A stretch of 64,000 nucleotides of DNA from Alphaproteobacteria bacterium (GCA_040263875.1 JBDQJI010000002.1:18847-82846), one strand, 5' to 3'; shown: positions 48,098-57,969, numbered from the stretch's first letter. Translations and numbers: made by a program. The notes: generated by a model from the sequence alone, not told the origin.

Positions 48098-48112
48098 TCT
48101 GCTCGCCCCTCC

Positions 48113-48808
48113 CTATGTCCTGCGCCACGCGAAGCGCGTTTCAACCCACCGGCCGAAAATCACCACGGGTATGAACAGAATGAGATAGGCCAGCGCCCCT
48201 AAAACCAACGGCGACGCATTGCCGGAGAATGACTGACCCGTCGTCGCCTGATTCAAAATTTCACCAACGCCGACAACCGTGCCAAGCGCCGTATTCTTTG
48301 CGATGGCGATGGTGCGGTTGGTAAGCGGCGGGACTGTCATGCGGATCGCCTGGGGCATGATCACATAGGCCAGCGATTGGCCGAACCCGAGACCGGTAGA
48401 GCGCGCGGCCTCCCACTGGCCTTTGGGTGTCGCTAAAATCCCAGCGCGAAAAATTTCCTCAGAGAATGCAGCCAGGACCAATGTCAGCGTGACATAGGTG
48501 GCGGCATAGCCGCTCAAGTTCAGGCCAACGCCCGGTAGGCCGAAATAGAGCAACAGGATGAACACTAGTGGTGGCAGGGCGCGCATGACATCTGCGAAAA
48601 CAACAATCAGCCAGCTTGTCAGCCAAAATTCATAAGCGCGGATTACGGCCAGGATCAAACCAAGTGCTAAGCCGGAGATGACGATGAGGATCGCCAAATG
48701 GCACGTCAGCAGGAACCCATCGACGATGTCCGGCAGGTATTTCTGCATCACCGCCAGATCGAAGAAACTGGCGAGGAAGCGATCCCATTGGGTGATTTCA
48801 GGGCTCAT
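48113..48808 (-). CDS. Polar amino acid ABC transporter permease
   Basis: RALPPLV, EIFRAGI, GQWEAARSTG, PQAIR, KNTALG. Confidence 0.93.
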   Translation of the reverse strand: MSPEITQWDRFLASFFDLAVMQKYLPDIVDGFLLTCHLAILIVISGLALGLILAVIRAYEFWLTSWLIVVFADVMRALPPLVFILLLYFGLPGVGLNLSGYAATYVTLTLVLAAFSEEIFRAGILATPKGQWEAARSTGLGFGQSLAYVIMPQAIRMTVPPLTNRTIAIAKNTALGTVVGVGEILNQATTGQSFSGNASPLVLGALAYLILFIPVVIFGRWVETRFAWRRT

Positions 48809-48811
48809 GTG

Positions 48812-49552
48812 TCAGTGATCGATCCGGGAGACGAAATCCCTGGTGCGGGGCATTTGCGGGTCACCAAACACTTGGTCCGGCGGACCTTCCTCCACGATAT
48901 GCCCTTCATCCATGAACACGACGCGGTCTGCGGCTTCGCGGGCGAAACGCATTTCATGGCTGACAACCAGCATGGTCATGCCCGCAGTTCGTAAATCCCG
49001 CATGACTTCAAGCACACTGCCGACCAATTCCGGATCAAGCGCGCTGGTTGGTTCATCGAACAGCACCATTTTCGGCTCAAGCGCCAAAGCGCGCGCAATG
49101 GCGACGCGTTGTTGTTGGCCGCCTGAAAGCTGGTTCGGGTAATTTTCGGCCTTGTCGCTCAACCCCACCCGATCCAGTGCGGCCCGCGCACGTTCCAGCG
49201 CCTCTGCCTTTGGGCGTTTCAGGACTTTGCGCAGTGCCAGGGCCACATTCCCTTCCGCTGACATATGCGGGTAGAGATTGAACGACTGAAACACCATGCC
49301 GATCTTCTGGCGAACGGCGTTGATATTTGTGGATTTGGCAGTGATATCGGTGCCATCAAAGATGACAGCACCGCCGTTTGATTCTTCCAGGCGATTGCAG
49401 CACCGCAGCAGCGTGCTTTTGCCGGAGCCGGACGGGCCGATGATAAACACCAACTCCCGCTCGCGCACGGCCAGATCAACGCCCTTCAGCACTTCAAGCT
49501 TGCCGTAGGATTTACGCAGGCCCTGGACATCCAGGATAGGGGAATCGCTCAA
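48812..49552 (-). CDS. Polar amino acid ABC transporter ATP-binding protein (GlnQ-like)
   Basis: GPSGSGKST, LSGGQQQRVAIARAL, FDEPTSALDPE, SHEM. Confidence 0.95.
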   Translation of the reverse strand: MSDSPILDVQGLRKSYGKLEVLKGVDLAVRERELVFIIGPSGSGKSTLLRCCNRLEESNGGAVIFDGTDITAKSTNINAVRQKIGMVFQSFNLYPHMSAEGNVALALRKVLKRPKAEALERARAALDRVGLSDKAENYPNQLSGGQQQRVAIARALALEPKMVLFDEPTSALDPELVGSVLEVMRDLRTAGMTMLVVSHEMRFAREAADRVVFMDEGHIVEEGPPDQVFGDPQMPRTRDFVSRIDH

Positions 49553-49575
49553 GGGCCAAATGCTCCATCGGCGCT

Positions 49576-49615
49576 AAAAAAAGATGCTGGCCGGGCGCAT
49601 ATCGCCCGGCCAGCA
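49576..49615 (-). terminator. Intrinsic terminator/attenuator between the SBP and ATPase genes
   Basis: 13-bp stem TGCTGGCCGGGCG/CGCCCGGCCAGCA followed on the minus strand by TCTTTTTTT. Confidence 0.75.
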
Positions 49616-49623
49616 GTAGTGTA

Positions 49624-50481
49624 TTAGCCGCAGTTAGGCGCGTGCGGCGTTGCTTCGAAGCCCTCAAGACCAGGCTGGCCGTAGCCGCCCTGGACCGTCA
49701 CAGCAGCAGAACCGGGCGTTGGTGCCAGGCCAAACCACTTCATGCTCATCGCGGTGAAGGTACCGTCGAGCTTCATGCACTCAATAACGGCTTCGACCTT
49801 ATTGCGGGTTTCAGCATCGTCTTTACGGAACGGCATGCCGAACATTTTGCCCGTGGAGTAATTGTAGGACACTTCAAGCTGCGGGTTCTTCTTCACAGCC
49901 CATGCAACGCCGGTATTGCCGGCCACATTGGCGAAAGCACGGCCAGACATTACAGCCTGAATAGCATCCGTCTGCGTGCCGTAAGACTGCACCTTCCAGC
50001 CAATGGACGCTTCAAGGCCGCGGGCCCAGCTATCGTAAACGGAGCCTTTGTTGACGGAAATGATCTTGCCCTTGAAGTCTTCCAGGGTCGCCATCGCAGG
50101 CGCGCCTTTTTTCACAGCGAACAAGAAGTCCGTGTTCAGGTAACCCTCGGTGAAGAGCATGGTCTTCGCGCGCTCTTCGGTGATTGTTGTCGGTGCCACC
50201 AGGAAGTCATACTTGCCAGCCTGCATTGCCGGGATCAGGCCAGACCACTGGGCCGCCGTGATGTTCATTTTGGCACCAAGACGCTTGCCGATTTCATTGG
50301 CAAGATCGACGTTGAAGCCTTCAATGCCACCAGAAAGCTTGGGCATGGCATGGGGTGCGAACGTGCCGTCTAGGGCGACGTTATATTCTTTCTTCATTGC
50401 GTGTTTATCTGCCAGCGCGCTGCCGGAAAAGGCTCCAGCTGCGAGGGCGATTGCGCCCAAAAATCCAATCGTTTTCTTCAA
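49624..50481 (-). CDS. Polar amino acid ABC transporter substrate-binding protein
   Basis: Signal peptide, GFNVDL, WSGLIPAM..GKYD, TITEERAK; TTG start with AGGAG SD. Confidence 0.92.
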   Translation of the reverse strand: MKKTIGFLGAIALAAGAFSGSALADKHAMKKEYNVALDGTFAPHAMPKLSGGIEGFNVDLANEIGKRLGAKMNITAAQWSGLIPAMQAGKYDFLVAPTTITEERAKTMLFTEGYLNTDFLFAVKKGAPAMATLEDFKGKIISVNKGSVYDSWARGLEASIGWKVQSYGTQTDAIQAVMSGRAFANVAGNTGVAWAVKKNPQLEVSYNYSTGKMFGMPFRKDDAETRNKVEAVIECMKLDGTFTAMSMKWFGLAPTPGSAAVTVQGGYGQPGLEGFEATPHAPNCG

Positions 50482-50680
50482 GTTAGCTCTCCTGCGTAAA
50501 AGCCGCCCTGACTGAGCGGCGCTGATGTTTCTTGGAACTAGGTCACCGGATGCGCCCAGTTCAGATTTGGCTAGAAGTCAGCATGAGCATAATCCCGTAC
50601 TGTCTTGCCAAACAAGGTTAGCGCCATTGCGTGTGGAAGTCTCATCCACCATTCCCCGGTTTCCCGCTCCAATCTCAAAC

Positions 50681-50696
50681 AGCAAGCGCCGTGCCA
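50681..50696 (-). promoter_or_regulatory. Sigma54 (-24/-12) promoter upstream of the amino acid ABC operon
   Basis: Minus strand reads TGGCACGGCGCTTGCT, matching TGGCACG-N4-TTGC(A/T), oriented toward the SBP gene. Confidence 0.75.
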
Positions 50697-50915
50697 AATA
50701 CGATAGGCCTTGGCATTCTACGGCTCGACAGAAAAGCTCAGAAGCTGACGGCCTCAAATCGCACAATGCATAGTCGCCACACGTCGCTTTTGATGAAAAT
50801 TTGAGCACCGTCAGTCTCCGCCACTTGGCAATTTCGGGTGCGTCGCTAAGCTATGCGTCAACACATCAATCATCCCGGATAGAGCAGTTTTCTGCTCCCT
50901 TTAAAGGACCCTCCC

Positions 50916-52115
50916 ATGCCCCGACGCGGTATGAGCTTTGGCGTATTCCTCGCTCCTTTCCATGCAATTGGCGAAAACCCTACGCTTTCCATGGAACGAG
51001 ATATGGAATTGATCGAGCGCTTGGATCAGCTTGGCTATGATGAAGCATGGGTCGGTGAGCACCATTCCGCCGGGTGGGAGACCATTGCCAGTCCTGAAAT
51101 TTTCATTGGTGCCGCCCTCCAGCGGACCCGGCATATCAAGCTGGGTTCTGGCGTGACTTCCCTGCCTTATCATCACCCGCTTCTAGTGGCGCAGCGCTTT
51201 GTGCAGCTAGACCACATGAGCAAAGGCCGAACCATGCTTGGCTGCGGGCCGGGCGCCCTGCCATCTGACGCATACATGATGGGCATCAAGCCAACGGACC
51301 AACGCCGCCGCATGATCGAATCCCTGGACGCAATCATGGCGCTGCTGAAATGCGAAGATCCCGTCACCATGGAAACCGACTGGTTCACGCTGAATGAGGC
51401 CCGCCTGCACCTGGCACCTTGGTCGGAGGACCGGTTTCCGGTCGCCGTTGCTTCCACCATTACCCCGTTTGGGATGATGGCTGCAGGGCGGCACGGCATT
51501 GGCGTGCTGTCCATTGGTGCTGGTATTCCGGGCGGACCAGAAATGTTGGCGAAACAATGGAATATCGCAGAGGAAGAGGCCGCCAAACACGGCCACAAGA
51601 TGAACCGCAAGGATTGGCGCGTCGTCGTCAACATGCACTGCGCGGAGGATGATGAGCAGGCGCTGAATGAAGTCCGCGCTGGCGAACGCCTGGAAACCAT
51701 CACCTATTTCGAAGAAACCCTTGGCCGCCCGCCGGGGCGCGCAGATGATCCGCTGAAAGACGGTGTCGAGATGGGTACCACGCTGATCGGTTCGCCCGAC
51801 AAAATCTCTGAAGGTATCGAATATCTTTTGGAACTCAGCCAAGGCGGGTTCGGTGGCATGCTCTTCCGCGCCAATGAATGGGCGACGCGGGAGCAGATTT
51901 TGCGGAGCTATGAGCTGTTTGGCCGCTATGTAGCACCAAAATTCCAAGGCTCCCTCAACACCATCATCGATAGCAACCGCTGGACTAAAGAGAACCGCAC
52001 CACGGTGCTTGCCGGCAATGTGGAAGCCGTCAAAAAAGCCTTCACAGACAGCGGCCGCGCTGTTCCCGAAGGCTTCGAAGGCCGGACACTTGGAGCCGGA
52101 GACGTCAAGAGTTAG
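50916..52115 (+). CDS. LLM class flavin-dependent monooxygenase (LimB-like; paralog of 40348-41589)
   Basis: FGVFLAPFH, GEHHSAGWETIASPE, SLPYHHP, GPGALPSDA. Confidence 0.88.
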   Translation: MPRRGMSFGVFLAPFHAIGENPTLSMERDMELIERLDQLGYDEAWVGEHHSAGWETIASPEIFIGAALQRTRHIKLGSGVTSLPYHHPLLVAQRFVQLDHMSKGRTMLGCGPGALPSDAYMMGIKPTDQRRRMIESLDAIMALLKCEDPVTMETDWFTLNEARLHLAPWSEDRFPVAVASTITPFGMMAAGRHGIGVLSIGAGIPGGPEMLAKQWNIAEEEAAKHGHKMNRKDWRVVVNMHCAEDDEQALNEVRAGERLETITYFEETLGRPPGRADDPLKDGVEMGTTLIGSPDKISEGIEYLLELSQGGFGGMLFRANEWATREQILRSYELFGRYVAPKFQGSLNTIIDSNRWTKENRTTVLAGNVEAVKKAFTDSGRAVPEGFEGRTLGAGDVKS

Positions 52116-52160
52116 GCTTTCCGCCAAACCAAACCTGAACGACCGCTAAGGATTGACCCC

Positions 52161-53135
52161 ATGAGCGACCTGCCGAGCCGTATCGATATTCAGGAAGAGG
52201 GCCCGCGTGAGGGCTTTCAGATTGAGCCGGGACCAATTACGACAGCCCGCAAGATCGAACTGATTGATGCGCTGACGGAAACTGGGCTGAAGAAAATTCA
52301 GGTGGCGTCATACGTCAACCCAAAGCGGGTGCCGGGCTGGGCGGATGCGGATGAGGTCGTCAAAGGCTTCAAACGCAAGGAAGGTGTTGCGCATCACGTG
52401 CTGTGGCTGAACGAGAAAGGCCTGCAGCGGGCGATTGCGGCAGATGACATCTACATGGCTGGCTCCATCTCAACGACGACGTCTGAGACGTTTATGGGCA
52501 TGAACACTAATCGTGGGTTCAAGGAAAATGTCGGCGTTCAGCGCAACCAGATCGCCATCTATCAGGAGCACGGCATCCCGGTGACGCGCGCCTCCATCAT
52601 GACAGCGTGGGGCTGCAATTTCGAAGGCGATATTCCGCCTGCACGCGTGGTTGAGCGGCTCGAAGAACTGCTGGCGCTTGAAGCCGAAACCGGCATTGAT
52701 ATCGGGATCATCAGCCTCGCTGACACTGTTGGATGGGCGACGCCTAAATCTGTGAAAGAGGTCGTCGGTGCTGTTCGCAACCGCTGGCCAGACAAGCGCA
52801 TCTGCCTGCACCTGCACGACACCCGGGGCTGCGGCATCGCCAATGTCTATGCCGGGCTGGAAATGGGCGTCGACCTTTACGATAGCTCCATCGCAGGCCT
52901 CGGCGGCTGCCCGTTTGCGGGCCACAAGGGCGCAGCAGGCAACGTTACGACTGAGGACATCGTCTTCATGTGTGATGAAATGGGCGTCGAAACCGGCATT
53001 GATCTGGAAGCCCTAATCGAATGCGCCCGCCTTGCCGAAGATATTGTCGGCCATGACCTGCCAGGCAAAGTCATGCGCGGCGGCGCACTCTCCGCCCTCC
53101 GCCGGGACGCGAAAGCGGCGGCAGCCCATGCCTAA
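52161..53135 (+). CDS. Hydroxymethylglutaryl-CoA lyase family (DRE-TIM metallolyase)
   Basis: EEGPREGFQ, LADTVG.A.P, LHLHDTRG, GLGGCPFA, GNV.TED. Confidence 0.88.
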   Translation: MSDLPSRIDIQEEGPREGFQIEPGPITTARKIELIDALTETGLKKIQVASYVNPKRVPGWADADEVVKGFKRKEGVAHHVLWLNEKGLQRAIAADDIYMAGSISTTTSETFMGMNTNRGFKENVGVQRNQIAIYQEHGIPVTRASIMTAWGCNFEGDIPPARVVERLEELLALEAETGIDIGIISLADTVGWATPKSVKEVVGAVRNRWPDKRICLHLHDTRGCGIANVYAGLEMGVDLYDSSIAGLGGCPFAGHKGAAGNVTTEDIVFMCDEMGVETGIDLEALIECARLAEDIVGHDLPGKVMRGGALSALRRDAKAAAAHA

Positions 53136-53586
53136 TTCAAATCCACCTGAAGCGCCCAACAAGACCATCGCTGCATTCGGCTGGCCCACATCCCTGGTGA
53201 AAGACTACGGGCCGTGGGTGGTGCTGGTGCGACCGGCGCAGCCAACCTGGGGGTCGTTGGTGTTGGCCTGTACGGAGGATGCAGAGGCCTTCTCCGACAT
53301 CTCAGCGGAAGCGTTTGCGGCGCAGCCCCCAGCGATCAAGGATATTGAGACAGCGCTGAAGGCCGCGTTTGATTACGACAAGATCAACTATCTGATGCTG
53401 ATGATGGTGGACCCGAACGTCCACTATCACGTGATCCCCCGCTATTCGGCGGCGCGAAGCTTCAATGGTGCTGAGAACGCAGATTCCGGCTGGCCCGGAC
53501 CGCCTGCTTTGGGCGACGCGATCACGCTGGACACGGGCGGGATGATGGCAATGGCTGAGCATTTGAAGGCGCATTGGCCGACTTGA
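53128..53586 (+). CDS. HIT family protein
   Basis: RPAQPTWGSLVL, YDKINYLMLMMVDPNVHYHVIPRY; ATG 53128 overlaps the lyase end. Confidence 0.82.
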   Translation: MPNSNPPEAPNKTIAAFGWPTSLVKDYGPWVVLVRPAQPTWGSLVLACTEDAEAFSDISAEAFAAQPPAIKDIETALKAAFDYDKINYLMLMMVDPNVHYHVIPRYSAARSFNGAENADSGWPGPPALGDAITLDTGGMMAMAEHLKAHWPT

Positions 53587-53640
53587 TATGGTGCCTGCAG
53601 CCACCCCCACCCAACGCAACACCTTTTGAAAGGCATCGCC

Positions 53641-54795
53641 ATGCCTCTGGACCTCACAACTTTATCCGTGAACGCGCATCTGGTGGGGCAACCGGGCTCC
53701 CGCGCGGCTTTGTCGACACCGGCCTTGGTGCTCGACCTGGACATCATGGAGGCCAATATCGCCACCATGTTAAGCTGGACGAAGGCCAAAGGCCTGCGCA
53801 TCCGCCCACACGCCAAAACGCATAAATCAGTCACGATTGCGAAAATGCTGGTGGATGCAGGTGCTGTCGGTGCCTGTTGCGCGACATTGGGCGAGGCGGA
53901 AGCCTTGGCAGGCGGCGGCGTTCCGGGCGTGCTCATCACCTCCCCCGTTGTTCAGGCTGCGAAGATTGATCGGCTTTTAGCGCTGAATGAAATCGCGGAT
54001 GATTTGGCCGTCGTCACAGATGATCCGACCAATGTCGCCATGCTGGCAGCGGCGGCGGAAGCCAAAGGCGGGAAGCCGCTGACGGTGTTTATTGATAACG
54101 ACGTGGGCGCCAATCGCACGGGCGTGCCATCCGCCCAACAGGCGACAGCGCTTGCGCGGGATATTGATGCGGCCCAGGCGCTCCGCTTTGGTGGTATCCA
54201 AGGCTATGCCGGGCAGTTGCAGCACATCGTTGATTTTGAGGAACGCAAACGCGGCGCAGAAGAAGTCGCCCGGCATATGCGCCAGGTAGAATCGGCCTTG
54301 AAGGAGGCAGGCATAGCCCCCCCACTGCTGACAGGCGGCGGCACTGGCACCCACGCAATCGAAGCCGACGCAGATGGCCTTGGCGAGCTTCAGGCCGGGT
54401 CCTTCATCGTGATGGATGTGGATTATAACCGGGTTGATCTGCGCGGCGGCGGCGAACGCCCCTTCAAGGACGCACTCTTCCTCCGCACCAGCGTTGTCTC
54501 CGCACAGCACGAAAAGTTCGTGACGACGGATGCCGGCCTTAAGTGCTTTGCGACAGAAGGCTATATGCCCGTGATTGCCAGCGGCGCGCCGGAAGGTGCC
54601 ACATATGGCTGGTCCGGCGATGAGCATGGCCGGGTGACGCTGCCTGAAGGTGCTGCCGCCCTAAAAATCGGCGACGCCATGGAATGTGTGACTCCGCACT
54701 GCGACCCTACCATCAACCTGCATGATTGCTATCACGTGTGCCGGGGCGATGTGCTGGTCGACATTTGGCCGGTGGATGCCAGGGGTAAGCGGTAA
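53641..54795 (+). CDS. DSD1 family PLP-dependent enzyme (D-threonine aldolase / 3-hydroxy-D-aspartate aldolase-like)
   Basis: TPALVLD, RPHAKTHK (PLP Lys), TGGGTGT, ELQAGS..MD, DAGLK, GDEHG, PHCDPTINLHD. Confidence 0.92.
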   Translation: MPLDLTTLSVNAHLVGQPGSRAALSTPALVLDLDIMEANIATMLSWTKAKGLRIRPHAKTHKSVTIAKMLVDAGAVGACCATLGEAEALAGGGVPGVLITSPVVQAAKIDRLLALNEIADDLAVVTDDPTNVAMLAAAAEAKGGKPLTVFIDNDVGANRTGVPSAQQATALARDIDAAQALRFGGIQGYAGQLQHIVDFEERKRGAEEVARHMRQVESALKEAGIAPPLLTGGGTGTHAIEADADGLGELQAGSFIVMDVDYNRVDLRGGGERPFKDALFLRTSVVSAQHEKFVTTDAGLKCFATEGYMPVIASGAPEGATYGWSGDEHGRVTLPEGAAALKIGDAMECVTPHCDPTINLHDCYHVCRGDVLVDIWPVDARGKR

Positions 54796-54844
54796 AGGCG
54801 GGAAGCGTTAAAGGCGGGCGATTTTTCTCTCGCCCGCTGCCTTC

Positions 54845-54958
54845 CCCCCTAATCCTGCCCTCTCCCCCCAATGGGTGGCGAGGGTTCAACAAGAAATAAC
54901 GCGGGCTTCGTGAGAGTCCCCTCGCCCTCCAGCGGAGGGATAGGGATCAGGGAGAGGG
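54845..54958. repeat. Degenerate two-armed palindromic intergenic element (REP/CIR/MITE-like)
   Basis: Left arm CCCCCTAATCCTGCCCTCTCCCC..GGCGAGGG; right arm CCCCTCGCCC..GGGATAGGGATCAGGGAGAGGG; about 30-nt spacer; between convergent genes. Confidence 0.6.
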
Positions 54959-54984
54959 TGGGAGCCTGCAGAATGGAGGCTGCA

Positions 54985-55218
54985 TTAGGCGAGCAACCCC
55001 CGCCCAGGAGCCGCGGCGCCACGCTTGTTTTTCAGCACGTATTCGAGCTTCCGCACTGCGGCCTGCTGCAAAATATGTCGCGGGCTGGCGGTCGCGCCGA
55101 CGATGGACACTTCGACCATCGAAACGGGGTCAATCGCGATCGCCTTCGTATAGGAGCCGTTCTGTTGAAACTCGACAAAAACCTCACTGAGGCCCGCGCT
55201 ATTTTCCCTGCGGCGCAT
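54985..55218 (-). CDS. Small conserved alphaproteobacterial protein (DUF6898-like)
   Basis: EVFVEF...G...KAIAIDP....EVSIVG.......L...A.RKL; GGGGAG SD before ATG 55218. Confidence 0.7.
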   Translation of the reverse strand: MRRRENSAGLSEVFVEFQQNGSYTKAIAIDPVSMVEVSIVGATASPRHILQQAAVRKLEYVLKNKRGAAAPGRGLLA

Positions 55219-55320
55219 CGTATCTCCCCTGGCGCGCAAACTGCGGCTATAACCATGACTGAAGCACAATGATACTGGCGGAAACCTTGCCGCCGTCTTA
55301 ACCATTTGAGGAGCAATTCC

Positions 55321-56520
55321 ATGCCCGACGGCGCAAAGAAAACCAGCACCCTGCCTCCCTTTAATTGGATGGACCCATTACTGCTGGGTGAACAACTCAA
55401 CGAAGACGAACGGATGACATCCGAAGCCGCTGCCCGCTTCTGCGAGCAAGAATTGTTCCCGGGCGTGCTGGAAGCCAACCGCAACCAGACCTTTGATCGC
55501 GCCATCTACAAGAAAATGGGCGATGCGGGTTTCCTCGGCGTCGGCCTGGAAGGCTATGGCTGCCCCGGCGGCACGGCTGTGATGTACGGCGTGGTCGCCC
55601 GCGCGGTTGAGGCTTGTGATAGCGCCTATCGCTCAGCCATGAGCGTACAGTCCAGCTTGGTCATGTATCCGATCCACACATATGGGTCTGAGGAGCAGAA
55701 GCAGAAATACCTGCCAAAGCTGGCCTCTGGCGAGCATGTCGGCTCCTTCGGCCTGACAGAGCCTGACCACGGCTCTGACGCTGGCGGCATGAAAACGCGT
55801 GCTGTCGCCGTTGATGGCGGCTATCGCCTTAAGGGCGCCAAGATGTGGATCACTTCCTCGCCCATCGCAGACGTGTTCGTCGTTTGGGCGAAGGACGATG
55901 ACGACGTCATCCGCGGCTTCATCCTGGAGCGCGGCATGGAAGGCCTGACAACGCCGAAGATTGAGGGCAAGTTCTCGCTGCGGGCGTCGCCAACCGGTGA
56001 AATCGTCATGGATGACGTGTTCGTGCCGGAAGAAAACAAACTGCCGAAAGCCCGTGGCCTCGGCGGCCCATTCGGCTGCTTGAATAAAGCCCGTTACGGC
56101 ATCGCCTGGGGCGCTATGGGGGCTGGCGAATTCTGCTGGCGGGCAGCCCGTGAATACGTGATGGAACGGAAAGCCTTTAGCCGCCCGCTCGCCGCGACAC
56201 AGCTGATGCAAAAGAAGCTTGCGGACATGCAGACCGAAATCTCGCTCGGTTTCCAGGCCGCATTGCGTGTTGGCCGCCTGATGGACGAAGGCAAGGCGGC
56301 GCCCGAAATGGTGTCGCTGATCAAGCGCAATAACTGCGGCAAGGCGCTGGAAATGGCCCGCGTCGCCCGTGATATGCATGGCGGCAACGGCGTTTCAGAC
56401 GAATACCACGTGATCCGCCACATGATGAACCTGGAAGCCGTCAACACCTATGAAGGCACCCACGACATCCACGCGCTGATCCTGGGCCGGGCCATCACGG
56501 GGCTACAGGCGTTTAGCTAA
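55321..56520 (+). CDS. gcdH: Glutaryl-CoA dehydrogenase
   Basis: [71 protein letters not shown]. Confidence 0.93.
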   Translation: MPDGAKKTSTLPPFNWMDPLLLGEQLNEDERMTSEAAARFCEQELFPGVLEANRNQTFDRAIYKKMGDAGFLGVGLEGYGCPGGTAVMYGVVARAVEACDSAYRSAMSVQSSLVMYPIHTYGSEEQKQKYLPKLASGEHVGSFGLTEPDHGSDAGGMKTRAVAVDGGYRLKGAKMWITSSPIADVFVVWAKDDDDVIRGFILERGMEGLTTPKIEGKFSLRASPTGEIVMDDVFVPEENKLPKARGLGGPFGCLNKARYGIAWGAMGAGEFCWRAAREYVMERKAFSRPLAATQLMQKKLADMQTEISLGFQAALRVGRLMDEGKAAPEMVSLIKRNNCGKALEMARVARDMHGGNGVSDEYHVIRHMMNLEAVNTYEGTHDIHALILGRAITGLQAFS

Positions 56521-56548
56521 GCGGCTAGGTTTGTGACGAGAGACTTCG

Positions 56549-56584
56549 AGGGCGCCTTCATCTGAGGGCGCCCTTTCTCCTTTT
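56549..56584 (+). terminator. Intrinsic terminator after gcdH
   Basis: AGGGCGCCTTC...GAGGGCGCCCT followed by TTCTCCTTTT. Confidence 0.7.
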
Positions 56585-56631
56585 AGCGGCCATAGCGTAA
56601 GCTCCGCATCAGATCCCACAGGAGGTTCTGA

Positions 56632-57969
56632 ATGCCAGACGCAAGCGGCCCGGCCCAACCAGATCAGTTCGCCCAAATGGTCGATGACCGGGCGAGCGAA
56701 GGTCAGTTCCGGATTGACCGACGTATGTATGACGACGAGGCCGTGTTCGAAGCGGAGATGGAGCGCATCTTTGAAGCAACATGGATGTATGTCGCCCACG
56801 AAAGCCAAATCCCGAGTGCAGGCGACTATATCTGGACCGAAGTTGGTCGCCAGCCGGTCATCATCAATCGGCTGGATGACGGCAGTGTTAGCGGCGTTAT
56901 CAACGCGTGTTCACACCGGGGCGCATTGCTGACGGCCAATCGCCAGGGCAACGCCCGCGTGCTTGTGTGCCGGTATCACGGCTGGACCTTCAAATCCTCC
57001 GGCGAGTGTATTCGTATCAAGGATGAAGCCGCTGGCTTCCCCAATGGCGTTGATAAGAGCTGCTATAATCTGACACCCGTTCCTCGCGTCGAAAGCTACA
57101 AAGGTTTCATCTTCGCCTGCCTGAACCCGGATGCGCCAACGCTGATGGAGCATCTAGCCGAAACCCTCCCCTTCATCGACATGTTGGCCGACCAATCGCC
57201 TGACGGCATGGAGGTGCTGCCAGGCTCCGCCGCTTATGTGGTGGACTGTAACTGGAAGCTTCAGGTCGAGAACGGCGTTGATGGCTACCATGTGGGCGTC
57301 GTTCACCGGAATTTCGCGCAGACTGTCCGGCGGCGGAATGAAATCAACGGCGCATCTGGCATGAAGCTGACAGAAAACGCGCGCTTTGACCCGGGTGCGG
57401 TCGAGACCGCCTGCTATGATCTCGGCAATGGCCACAACATCATCTGGTCAGACCGGGGGGCACCGGAAGCAGCACCCTTGTATGAGGCCAAAGATAAAGT
57501 CCTTCCCGAAGTCGGGCAGGAAAAGTGGAACTGGATGGTCGGGCGCGGGCGGAATCTGCTGCTCTATCCGAACTTGTTTTTGATGGACCAATCCTCCACC
57601 CAAATCCGTATTATTCGGCCATTAAGCGCCTCCTCCACCGAAGTGCGCGTCTACTGCATCGCACCCAAAGGCGAGAGCGTGCAGGCCCGCACCGCCCGTC
57701 TCAACAAATTCCGGGACTTCTTCCTGACCAGCGGTCTCGCGACCCCCGATGATTCCGTGGCGCTGGAGGACACGCAGGCGGGCGTCGGCGGCAGACTCGC
57801 CAAATGGTCGCCGTTCGAGCGCGGCCAAGCGACGGAGATCAAAGGGCCGGACGCACATGCCCGCTTGCTCAACATCAACCCCGTCGCCAGCAATACGCCT
57901 TGGGACTTAGAGACGATTTTTGTGGGGCAATACCGCCGCTGGGCCGAGCTGATGGCGTCGCAGCCATGA
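56632..57969 (+). CDS. Rieske aromatic ring-hydroxylating dioxygenase alpha subunit (benzoate/anthranilate type)
   Basis: CSH-x17-CRYH Rieske motif; NWKLQVENGVDGYHV..VH iron site; G.ATPDD. Confidence 0.92.
   Translation: MPDASGPAQPDQFAQMVDDRASEGQFRIDRRMYDDEAVFEAEMERIFEATWMYVAHESQIPSAGDYIWTEVGRQPVIINRLDDGSVSGVINACSHRGALLTANRQGNARVLVCRYHGWTFKSSGECIRIKDEAAGFPNGVDKSCYNLTPVPRVESYKGFIFACLNPDAPTLMEHLAETLPFIDMLADQSPDGMEVLPGSAAYVVDCNWKLQVENGVDGYHVGVVHRNFAQTVRRRNEINGASGMKLTENARFDPGAVETACYDLGNGHNIIWSDRGAPEAAPLYEAKDKVLPEVGQEKWNWMVGRGRNLLLYPNLFLMDQSSTQIRIIRPLSASSTEVRVYCIAPKGESVQARTARLNKFRDFFLTSGLATPDDSVALEDTQAGVGGRLAKWSPFERGQATEIKGPDAHARLLNINPVASNTPWDLETIFVGQYRRWAELMASQP

Noticed and set aside
51207-52127. 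306-aa minus-strand ORF, and similar long antisense ORFs at 38433-39275, 49642-50373, 55633-56379 and 60650-61495
   Set aside because: All lie opposite well-supported genes and lack family motifs.
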